A stretch of 55,113 nucleotides of DNA from Rhizodiscina lignyota (taxonomy: Eukaryota), in the NCBI GenBank assembly GCA_010015805.1, contig ML978126.1, positions 2,108,001 to 2,163,113 of the forward strand, in the 5' to 3' direction. Shown here one piece after another: positions 24,889 to 35,417 of this stretch (the stretch's first letter is position 1; the number at the start of each line of letters is the position of its first letter). A program made the position numbers and the translations under genes. The notes beneath the pieces are model-generated. The model was not told the DNA's origin, did no database searches, and saw only the letters and a program-made list of their open reading frames with translations.

Positions 24889-25584
24889 ATGTCAGACCAG
24901 CCACTGCACAACGCAGAGAATACTGCTTCAGAGGATATAGAAGCAAGAAGTGTGCGTCTCAGAAGCGTTGAAGAGAATCTGCGTTGTGAAGCTTCTCCAC
25001 CTGGTTCATCAGAGCAGCTGCCATTCATCTCAGAGCCTGGCCTTCCCTCAAATCTTAGAACGTTAGGCTTTCAGAACAGCACAGAAGGGATACAGCGGCC
25101 TCAATGGTCTCATACTTCCGAGTTCACTCCAATAAATCCTCCCGGCAGTGCGTCCCATAGGCCACGTCGGAATGCGAACATTGCCCCACGTCCAGTGGCA
25201 AGCCCAGGAGCGGTGGGGTCGCAGCAACCTGAATCAAGATCACGTTTATATTCTAGTCCGACTCTGGATGAGGATCAGAGGCTTCGTTTTCTGGCTGCGC
25301 ACTACGAAAGAACTTCTTTCGAGTGGTTAAATGTTCGACGCCGTCTGGACTAAGCGTTGCTGGCCTTTCATGCCAATATTCCAGTTGATATACTGAATGG
25401 AGGAGCTTTGACAAGAGCATGGTACGATGTAGACCAGGTCTGGCGTTCACCTTATGTGTCCAACCACTTGGTACGCATTGCCACGAACGAATTATGCTCA
25501 TTGCTATTTGGCCTGAATGACCCAGACATCCGGAGGGTTGCGCGTGAGCTACACACGCTCGGGAATCTCTTGCCTAGAAGTTAA
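24889..25584 (+). pseudogene. Hypothetical gene with one in-frame TAA
   Basis: ORFs 24841-25353 and 25357-25584 share a frame and are separated only by TAA at 25351-25353 (RRRLD*ALLAF). No family recognised. Confidence 0.4.
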
Positions 25585-26785
25585 GGAAGTGAGTGAGGCC
25601 AGAGTGTCACGGTAGACGGGAGAATAAAATGTGATATCAGATTGTGACTTCTTTCGCTTGCATCGGTAATGATGAGATGGAACTGCGAGACATTGACTAT
25701 GAAGCTCCAACTCTTCAGGAAGTGGCTAAAACAAATGAATGCAAGCACCAAAGTCACCAAACCGATGTAGTGACAACCATTATTCATGAATATGAGTGAG
25801 CTGGTCCGGTTTTGTATGAGCAACGAAGCCGGACCCGCCGCCTGCGCCGACCCGGTTCGGATTATAGCGAGAGAATCTGTATATCAGAAGGTTGATAATG
25901 CGAGAAAAACGCCGCCGAATGAAGCGGAAGTAGGGACTGGCCTCATATTTGAGCGGTTGTCTGGAACTAAAGCTGAATAAGATGAAGGTGTTTCAGATCG
26001 ACATTGACGTTGTTTTAACCTCCCGAGCCGACCGACGCGGGGACGCGCCACAGCGCTTACATCAAGTGCCTTTGAGGGGAGTCGGATCGTTTAGCGTTAA
26101 GGTTATTGCGGCGGTTATTTTACTCAGCGATCTACTTTCCTCTTCAGTCCCAAGTGCTGACTTCCAATCACCTCTCGCACATGACATCCACCACTCCTCC
26201 ATGCGCAGCCCCTCCCAGCGGTGACGAAAAGCATGCCGCGAGAGTGGGTATCAAAGACATCGGACCTCGTTGGCGCGCCGACTTCCATACCTTTTGAGCC
26301 GACTGCCGCTCGAGCGTCGAATTTCGAGACTGTACGACTACCGACTCCGAAGAAATTGTCGAGAAGAGCTTCGTATTCGTCGGCACTCTCCCTGCCTGGC
26401 CGCAGACTACGCTAAATTCCAATTTCACCTTCAGCCGACTGTTCTGAGTGAAGCAAGGTTCCACTTGCGCAACCTTTCCTTCCAAATACTGCTCTTAGCG
26501 TCTCGTCTGCGTGCGAATCACGGAAATGTCGTGCTTGATTAACGGAGATGCTTTGGAGTACTCAAGCTCAGAGTCCACCGCGCATAATTGCTTTCTCTTT
26601 GTGCGGCTTATATGTCTCGCGCGACAGAATGTCGGGATGCCAGGGAAGTGAATACAGCATTTCCATTTTAATGCCGTTGTCTGCCTCTCTACTTACCCGA
26701 AAGCATTCCTCGTCCTCCGCATTTTGAATTCGTTCTTCTCCAAAGTCTGAAGGTCTGCCAAGTTCCAAGCTACCGCACCGTCAGA

Positions 26786-28249
26786 ATGCTTCCTCGACTG
26801 TCCTGGCTCTGTCTGTCACTCCTGGTTTCTGTTCCACTATGCGCCTCTCAAGCTCAACCGCCGGCTCTACCTGGCACTGGAGCACCTGCTTCGAAATCGG
26901 ACCGCATTTACTGCGGTGACCAGACGTCGAACACCGTCACGGTTATCAGACCGTGGGATAACAAAGTCCTCGGCACCATTGCGCTCGGCCAGCCGCGACT
27001 GTCCTCGTTGCTTAACCCACAATACGTCGACCGCGTCAACTCTCATGGGCTCGGATTTTCACGTGACGGCAAATATATCGTCAATCTGAGCACGACCAGC
27101 AATACCGTCACGGTCATTCGTACCCTTGATAACAGCATTGTGAGCACGACAAGCGTTGGTCGGAATGCACACGAAGCGTTCTTCTCGGCGGACAATCGCA
27201 CTGTCTGGGCCGGTACTCGAGGTGTTGAGACACTCGCAATTGTAGATGGGCTCAAAGGCGGCGTGATTGAAAATATTCCAGCACCCGGCGGACCAAGCAA
27301 AGTGGTCTTCTCCCCGAATAGCGACCTCGCATACGTCAATCACATCCGCGCTGCTTACATTGGCATCTACGACGTTGCGAGCCGAAAGTTGCTGCGTAAT
27401 ATTACCGGACTGGCGGACACTTTCTCCTCCGACATGATGATTGATGCGACAGGCCAGAGGCTCTGGGTTGCGCATAAGATGACTGGTCAAGTGTCTGTAC
27501 TTTCTCTGGTGACGAACAAGGTCGTCGGAATCTTGAACACGGGCCCAGAGACGAACCATCCGAATCATGCCATCATAAATGGGATCCACTACGGGTTTGT
27601 TACCGTGGCGGCAGAAAACACGACCAAGGTGTACACACAAAACGATCCAGAAAAGATTCCCACGCTCGTCGGCGAGATCAGATCCAGCGGAGTTGAGCCG
27701 CACGGGCTGTGGCCAAACGCGGATAACAAAAGAATGTACATTCTGAACGAGCACAGCGATACTGTGGATGTCGCGGACTTGACCAGCTGGCCGTTTAAAA
27801 TCATCGACACTATGAATGTTGGTCAAGAAGGACAAGCGTTGGTATACGTTTCGAATGCGGTCCCCTCCGGCAACGGCACGCAGAACCTTGGAACGCAAGG
27901 TTTGACAGGGAAGCCAGCAATGAATGCCCTGATCAACGTCGATGAAGGGCCGCGGGAGACTTCATGGGAGAATGTGAGCTCTACTGCGCTCATCACCGTC
28001 CGGCCCGCCGCTGGCTTGGAGATGTTTCAAATCATTGGCAGGAACATGGAACTTAATGCCACGTATGTCGCTTCAGCTTCGTGCCTCCATTGCCATGGAG
28101 CTCGGATCCCGTTAGTCGAGTTTGTCGCGAGCACGCCAGTTCCGGGGATGATGGGATGCGGAGGGGCGCCACAAACACTGGCCTTCTTCAAGTTTGACGG
28201 AGTGTACGATATTAAGAGCGTGCAGATACATCGAAAACAGGATGACTAG
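26786..28249 (+). CDS. Secreted YVTN/YncE-like beta-propeller protein
   Basis: Intronless 487 aa with signal peptide. Repeated blades SNTVTVI, HGLGFSRDGK, AHEAFFSADNR, GPSKVVFSPNS and PHGLWPNADNKRMYILNEHSDTVDV. Confidence 0.85.
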   Translation: MLPRLSWLCLSLLVSVPLCASQAQPPALPGTGAPASKSDRIYCGDQTSNTVTVIRPWDNKVLGTIALGQPRLSSLLNPQYVDRVNSHGLGFSRDGKYIVNLSTTSNTVTVIRTLDNSIVSTTSVGRNAHEAFFSADNRTVWAGTRGVETLAIVDGLKGGVIENIPAPGGPSKVVFSPNSDLAYVNHIRAAYIGIYDVASRKLLRNITGLADTFSSDMMIDATGQRLWVAHKMTGQVSVLSLVTNKVVGILNTGPETNHPNHAIINGIHYGFVTVAAENTTKVYTQNDPEKIPTLVGEIRSSGVEPHGLWPNADNKRMYILNEHSDTVDVADLTSWPFKIIDTMNVGQEGQALVYVSNAVPSGNGTQNLGTQGLTGKPAMNALINVDEGPRETSWENVSSTALITVRPAAGLEMFQIIGRNMELNATYVASASCLHCHGARIPLVEFVASTPVPGMMGCGGAPQTLAFFKFDGVYDIKSVQIHRKQDD

Positions 28250-28369
28250 AGAAGTGTTCATGTGTACCGACGTTTATGCCGTTATTTCCGATGAGCAAAT
28301 CGACCGAGTTTTGAAATAATGTCTTGCACTTTATGTGAATTCTGGAAAGTACAACTAATAACAGCCCCC

Positions 28370-29323
28370 TCACTGCAGCTGCAAAGAGAATGATGGCACT
28401 GCGGCCTCGCCATCCTCCAGCAGATCCTCGCTCGATAGCTCTTTCGTCCCGCCCATGTAAACAATTTCCATCGCGTCTTGTGCGTCTGAGGAGTTGTCAA
28501 AGCCTTCTTCATCAGAGTCAATAATATCTTCATTTTCGCTGTCATCCCCAGAGAATGCGAGATGCTTGGCCGTTGCTCTCTTTGGGCCGACGTTTATCAA
28601 AGCCCTCTTGAGGTAGATGCTGTTATCGCGAACAACCTTAAATGCGCGCGAGATCTTGATGACATTGTAAGCCACCGCGAACACTAGCTCATCTTCTGTC
28701 CTCTTGCTTTGCTCCGATCGTACCGACTTTTTAATGCTCGGCGCAAACTGAGGGTCGGCCAAGCCTGGTAGCGGCGAACCTACAGCCTCGAGCACCGGAA
28801 CTGTAACATTGACTCCGGATTTCCGTGAATATACGTTAAACTCTTTCCATTGAGTGCCTTTGGTAGTGAGGAATCCTGCGACGAAATAGGCTCGTGTACG
28901 ACGCGTTCGCTGTAAGAAATTTCGTACGTCTCGGGCGAAGAGCTCATTCTTCATCAGAGTTTCGAAATGTTCAGCAGAGTTCGCCAATGAGTAGCACTTC
29001 AACTCTTCACTTTCAATGATGATGCCATTTTCTGTCGTGTGACTGTACCCGATTCCGATTAGTGACGACAAGCCACCACGGACAGTCCAGCCTGAGGTTC
29101 GCGACAAGAAATCCTTTCGATCTAGCCACACTACGGGGTCCGGGAGGAGATCTGGTATTATGTCTACAGCATTGTGGAGAGGTTCATCTGATCCTGAAGC
29201 AGTATTGGGCGCGGATGACTTGAGTGGAAGGAGTTTGTTGGCGACAACCGCGCCGAGCAACTTCGATATCTCCGATGCCGGCAGGGGCTCCTCCGGGATG
29301 AAATATCGGCGTTCGGACGGCAT
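28370..29323 (-). CDS. Fungal gasdermin-like pore-forming protein (HET-Q1/RCD-1 superfamily), intact
   Basis: 317 aa, intronless. Motif order as in fungal gasdermins: YF..P, LLGAVV..P, a Gly/Ser-rich amphipathic hairpin, a helical VRNFL segment, AYFVAGF, a second hairpin (GVNVTVPV..), and ELVFAVAYNVI. After HLAF comes a 60-aa D/E-rich tail. Lies next to a CHAT protease gene. Recognised by pattern, not by HMM. Confidence 0.75.
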   Translation of the reverse strand: MPSERRYFIPEEPLPASEISKLLGAVVANKLLPLKSSAPNTASGSDEPLHNAVDIIPDLLPDPVVWLDRKDFLSRTSGWTVRGGLSSLIGIGYSHTTENGIIIESEELKCYSLANSAEHFETLMKNELFARDVRNFLQRTRRTRAYFVAGFLTTKGTQWKEFNVYSRKSGVNVTVPVLEAVGSPLPGLADPQFAPSIKKSVRSEQSKRTEDELVFAVAYNVIKISRAFKVVRDNSIYLKRALINVGPKRATAKHLAFSGDDSENEDIIDSDEEGFDNSSDAQDAMEIVYMGGTKELSSEDLLEDGEAAVPSFSLQLQ

Positions 29324-29740
29324 CCTTCTTAAACAGTGAAAGTGCTTCTGATCCGAGTGAAATCTTTGACATCAACCTTTAAGAGAGGAATTTTTGACTC
29401 CACGTCTTTTAGGGCATCGCGAAACCCCGTGGTGGCTTTAGACGCCAGGATGGTGGTGGCTTTTGCGCGGTGGCTGGCGCCTCCAAATCATGAACTCAGC
29501 TCAATTGGGTGTAACCACCTCAGCTCACACCGCACCTTCGAATACGGCAGAAGCAAATCAGGGGCAAGGCTGAGGTCTTGAAATTCCCGTCTCCCCTTGA
29601 TTAACTTCTGATATGGTCGACTCATCTGTGCTGATGAGTCAGTCAACGTGCTTGATGATCTGGACCTGTTGAGTACGTGCGGGCTCAGCCTCTCGGACAA
29701 TTGTAACTGTTCTGGTACGCTTTGATAACGCAGAGTTCCG

Positions 29741-32700
29741 ATGCGACTCAAGATTGTTGCGACCCCTGAGTCCAGGGAGGGCAAGGAGAGACTGCGCTGG
29801 AGAGTCGACGTCTTCTCGGGCGGCCAACTCGTCCGCAATAGTGTGGCACTCGAAGATCCACTGGACGACAAAGATAAGGAGCTCTGTCGATGGTATCTCG
29901 AACAGTATCTGCAAAAGGAACCGTACTCGGCATCTACAGCTAAGAAGGCAACGAGCACTTTGGAAGGCTACGGAAAGTCATTGGCAGAGCAGCTCCAACT
30001 TCCTGAGCTGGTCTTACAGAGTGACAACGAGATCCAGGTCGAGGTTGAGGATGCCACGGTCGATGGAACTCATCCTCATGACTCTGTACATCAGCTATTC
30101 TGGGAATTTCTTGAAGATCCAAGCGTATGGCCGAGCACAGTATCAGCCATCTGCGTCCGCCGAGCAATTGAGACTGCTATCCAACCGCTTCGATTCAGTC
30201 AGAGAATATCGTCCTGGCCATGTTCAGGGCAAGCAAGGCAGAGAGTCAACATCTTGCTTGTTACCGCTCGTGACCTGAGAAGAGATTCTAGTCTTTATAC
30301 CGATATCAGTCCTTCAATAGTTATTGATCTTCTGTCTGAAATCCAACATCGCTTGACTTTGGGAGGGTCTGCAATCGACATTGCCATTGAAGTTGTCCGA
30401 CCTGGCACGCTAGATGCTTTGAAACAACACCTGGCCGACTCCAAACGCATCCACGGTCCTGGGTACTATCAAGTTATTCATTTAGATGTCCATGGGAAAG
30501 TGGGAACTCACAGAGGCGCCCTTCGAAGTTCAAAGTATGGCGTCCTCTACTTTAGCAACCCGGATTCATACAGTGTGAAAGCTATCCGAGCGAGCGAAGT
30601 TGCAAAAGTTGTCGGGCAACACTCAATTCCAATTGTTGTTCTCAATGCCTGCGAGTCCGCTCGGGCAAACGCTGGTGATGATGCGAACATTGCGAAGACA
30701 TTTGCCAAATCGGGTGTCAGGAACGTCCTCGCATGTCTTACAAGGCTTCCCAGAGCGCAATGGCAAAGTTCTTGGAGACATTCTACAGAGAGTTTCTTCT
30801 GGAAGGCCAAAGTTTCACAATCTCGGCAATGGCTGCAAGGCGCGTAATTCGTATGGAGCCAAATCGAGATGCCCGATTCCAAATGAGCACACCTTTGTGC
30901 GACTGGTTCGTTCCCGTCGTCTATTCCTCCGCGGAAGAGATTCATTTCATCCGTCCAGACTCGCTGAACAACCTGCCGGCGGATCCCTCTTTTCAGCAGC
31001 CTACACACACAGATGCCTTGCCTGGACGCGGATTTGATCTACTCCGCCTGGAGAAAGCCCTGGCCACTGGAGGAGTAGTCTATCTCACTGGACCTGCTGG
31101 AGTTGGAAAGACCGCCTTGCTTCACTATGCAACAAGCTTGTGGGTGAAGACGTCCTTTGTCGAAGTTAGTGTTTTCCTCGACTTCTCGCGCCAGAATCTG
31201 CTGTCCATGGACGCGATCCTCGACAGCATAGCTGACCAATTGTCCCAAAGTGACATCACATCTGATACCATCCAGTTCATGTCAGAATCGACGGAAGAGA
31301 AGTCTAAGAGGCTGCTCGATCTCTTGCACGACTCGCGAGTGGCCTTTATTTTGGATGGACTCCTCGACTTGCGATACAAAAATGATGCGGAGCCCAGGAA
31401 CCAGACGGCTGCGCCCTTGCTACAATTCCTGCAACTGGCACGAGCCCAGCGGCATGATCTTCAGGAACCAGATCATATTATGATCATCTCTGGCTGCGTA
31501 AAGAATTTTCCAGACAACCTTGCACTGGGCCGGCTGCCCGTATACGAGCTGAAAGGACTCTCGATCTCAGAATCCGTGGATATCATCCATCAAATCAACA
31601 CAGTTGGATAGCCAAGCCAACTCGATCCAGCAGGGAACAACTTGGCTGAGTCTCGAAAAATCGAACCATTCGTGCATCTGTTGCAAGGCAATCCTGCTGC
31701 AATAATGCAGTTCACCTGGCTAGGACGAGACTCGGGATGCTCACCGCGGCAAATGTACGATATAATGCACTCTGAAAACCTCATGCACTGTTTGGACCTC
31801 AGCTTCCTTAATAAACGTGACGGACTGTTTGATCAATTTAGGGGCTTCATTTCGATGCTGTCGGTAGAGGGCTTTGCGACCTTGCTCATGCTGGCCTGGT
31901 ACTGGTATGAGGGGCCCAACATATCTACCTTTGTTGATATGCTTGTGACTTCAAAGATTGCTTCAAACAAACAAGGAATTCTCGACGCACTTGAAATAGC
32001 CTCTCAATGGGGCTATGTTGAGTTCGACGCTGCCAGTCACATTTCCTGGATCCATCCTCTGTTCACACTTTACGCACGGATAGTCGCAAGTAGTACGTAT
32101 TCGAGATTGATATTCAATTCCAGTGATCGGAGGTGCCATTTCCAAAGGAAGTTTGCAGCACTGACAATGGGTCATCTCGTAGCGAATGGAGATGAGTACA
32201 TCAGTTGGCCCGAGGCCCCGGTATCTGGCCTTGAGTATGCCGTACGACTTATGTGCGCTCTTCTCAGCCATTATGCTGACCGCGATCGCGATAAAAACTA
32301 CTGGAGCTATGTGATACTGTTCCTCGCCACATGCAAAGACTCGCACCAACGCATTTCCGGTCGCCTCATGTCCCGTGGCCTGACTTATCCTGGCATCTGG
32401 GATGATTTCGACCTTTGCAAACAGAACTTCATCTTCACCTTGAAGATCTGTCGCGGCCGTGGCCCACTTCCGCTGCCATCAATCGGATGGCCGACAAGTG
32501 CAATCGTTGGCCAGGCCCATTTCGTTCGCAAGGTATGCAGCGCCGAGGAAATTCGAATCATTGCTGGATACCTGGAAGAATTGCTGAACGGGGGCATTGC
32601 CATGAGCAAAACATTCAGCCCCAAAGATGCTGTCCAGCCCAATGATCTGCATGACCTTGTTTCCATTGCTGCATCTCTGGCGGAAATCCATCGTCGAGAA

Positions 32701-34491
32701 CTCCCATTCGTGGAAAGGCGGCACATGGAGATTGTTAAACACGCATTGGAGATCCTTGAGGAATCCGAGGCTGCATTTGGGAAGTCGACCGACCCGCAAG
32801 TCGCATGTTCTAAGTCGCTGCTGTCCATAGTCAAGGCAACGGCGCTTCTCGAGAACGGCGAAACAGCGGAGGAAGCGAAATTGGAAATGCACAAGGCATC
32901 AATAGAAATGCAAAAGGTGTTTGCGACTCCAAACCCGGAGCTCAACTCCCGGGTCGAAGAGTTTTTGAAAGGAAAGGATCCCGAGGAAGCTAAGCTGTGG
33001 AAAACCTTTATGCAATCGTTCCCCACCAGCTTCGGCTCGTTTGAAGACGCATGGGATGTCATGGCGAAAGGAACTCTCGGCGAACCAATCCTCGAGTTAC
33101 CCGAATCCATCAGACGGAATGTGCAAAACACCGAGGTGCCTGTCATGGATTTCTGGAGAGCCTTTCCAGAGCACCTGGAAAAACACGATACCCCAAAGTT
33201 CTAGCTTAATGCGCTCGAGACGGAGATGAACAAGGGTCATTGGCTTCGCGCGATTGGTATTCATTCAGGGTTTACGTTGAAAAGCATTGAGAAATTGGAT
33301 TTTGAGGAGGCAAGACGGCATGTGGATATTCAAGCAGACCTGGCAAAACAACACGATTCGGAAGGAACTCTCCTCGACAAAACCGCCGATGCGAAAAAAT
33401 TCATTAACAGCTTCGAAGCGATGACCAAGTCCTTTTTCCCCGATAAAAGCCCCACACAAGCTACTTTCGAAGCCGTTGAAGAATTCGCAAATGCCACGAC
33501 GGAGATGATGCGAGAGCACAACCTTGACTCCCCCGAGCAGAATGAGATTATGGAATATATGCGTGAAAGCTTCGTTCAAGACAGCGACCCAGCGCTGAAT
33601 CATAACCAGGCTCCGGGTATTTTCAACGTCACTGGCGAAACTCATGCCTGGATGCAGTCTCTTCTTGCAAGGCATCTGACAAAGGCCTCGCGGAGTACAG
33701 AATACCGACAAAGATGGCTGCGCGCATTATCCAGGATGTTCAGGACATTGAGAGAGCTGGAACATGGCGAAGATGAAGACGATGTAGACAAGATCTTCCA
33801 GAGTTTGAACGAGCTGCGAGAGATGTCGGAGGATGACTACTACACCGAATTTGTCAACAAAGACAAAATTGACAAAAGACGCTCATGGAACACTGAACGG
33901 CTATTCCGTAGTGCCATAATTCCATTGAATGACATGGTAAAGACGAACAAATTCTCCGAAGCGCGCGAATTCTTGGCAAAAGCAGAAACGGTCGCTAAGT
34001 TGGGCCCTCTGAACAACCCTCAGTTCGAGAAACTCCTGCCGCAACTCCCGGACTTGGTGGAGGGACAGCATCTGCTTTCCTTGGGTCAGCCCGCACAGGA
34101 TGCTCTTGACGCACGCGACTATCCCGGGGCCATTACCATGACCAGCCAGTATGGCAGTTCGATCGTCGAGAAAGAGGGACTTTGTAAAGACATTTACTAT
34201 ATGCAAGACTTTTTTCAAGCGCTGCAGGAGTTGGACTTGATCATGGGTGCGTCACGGTTACAGGGTCTGAGAGACCGTCTCGAGCAGCAGAAGAGTGTCA
34301 GGCACAATGGTCGGGATACCTCAACACCAGCAGGACATGTCACTGAAAGCCTTGTACACCAGTGTGGGAAGGCTGCCGCCGGCGTTCTTAATCGATTGTC
34401 TACCAGTGGTGCGAAGTGTGCTCGGGAATTCGCTAGTGTCTATGTCAAGGTAATGAGGGACGCGGCGACGGGTACGACTTTTACATTCTGA
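29741..34491 (+). pseudogene. CHAT (caspase-like) protease - STAND/NB-ARC-like NTPase - long helical C-terminus (NLR-like), interrupted
   Basis: RWYLEQY, EVVRPGT, catalytic HLDVHG and VVLNACES, and CHAT end DWFVPVVY. Walker A GPAGVGKT, Walker B AFILDGL, LQGNPAAI (GxP) and WIHPLF. One-base frameshift at 30731-30733; in-frame TAGs at 31609-31611 and 33202-33204. About 1583 aa if repaired. Confidence 0.85.
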
Positions 34492-35417
34492 CCATGATGT
34501 AATTACCGATCTGTATTTTAAATCGTCCGATTTCTCGTTCCACGCCTTCTCCTCACTTCGGGTTTCTTCTCCTCCACCTTCTAGGAATGAGGGACCGTCA
34601 GCCTCATGCAAACATGGATACAGAAGGTGAGACGCTCGAAGGACGCCCTGACCATGCCTGCCTTCTTCCTAAGCGTATCAATCTCATTCTCCTCATTTGA
34701 GAGGCTCGTGAAGATTGTATCAATGATATCTGCACCGCATATCGGAGGAGTGTTTGCGGCGCCGCGCGCTAGAGAGGACGAAGACGAGGACGGAAGTGAT
34801 GCCTTCCAATGTGTGCAGCGATATACATGCCAGTGACCAACTCGACTCAAGTCAGCCGCGTTCGCACCTGCAGTTCCCATTAGTATTTGGAAATTCTAAA
34901 CACGAATTACAAAAAAAGCGTGTGAAATTCCCATTTCAAAACAAGAAGTGAGAGGGGAACATATGCAATGTCCAGCAGAAGCTCGTGGAGACGTTCGCAA
35001 GGTTGTGCGCGTAGACTTGGGTACATGTAAGAGATTGGTAGTGTCTATTTGATGGTAGTAACGCTTGATGGGTGATGTCCCGGCCTTTGTGCAGGACTGT
35101 GCGGCCGATGACGAACAAGAGCAAAAGCCTCCGGTTTGGAGGCGTTTCTCTGTCGCGGAGCTTGTTGTAGTGGTTTTCAATGTTCGCCCACCAACGCGAC
35201 TCGCGGCACAGGATAGAGTGTCCGGATCAGAGTGACCGTACTCAGTAATAGCAGAATATTAAAAACTTGTGTCCTGTATTATCTAGAGAATATAGACTGG
35301 TATGGCTCAGTGTCTTACTGTCTTCCGCTTTTCAACTCATTTTGCTCTTCAAAGTTCTCCCTTTCCAATCTCCAAGAACATAAACCCATGCGACGTTGAG
35401 CTTTTACCTGTTCGCAA

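Noticed and set aside
27059..27898. Long antisense ORF (also 32385-33146 and 439-1026)
   Set aside because: These are shadows of real genes on the opposite strand and carry no motifs of their own.
31603..31629. Intron removing the first TAG of the CHAT-NLR gene
   Set aside because: GTTGGA..CAG would be only 27 nt, with a poor donor and no branch site; the other introns defined here are at least 46 nt.
30733..34491. ORFs 30733-31611, 31642-33204 and 33226-34491 as three separate genes
   Set aside because: They share one reading frame, are separated only by single TAG codons, and the STAND motifs (P-loop, GxP, HPL) run across the breaks.
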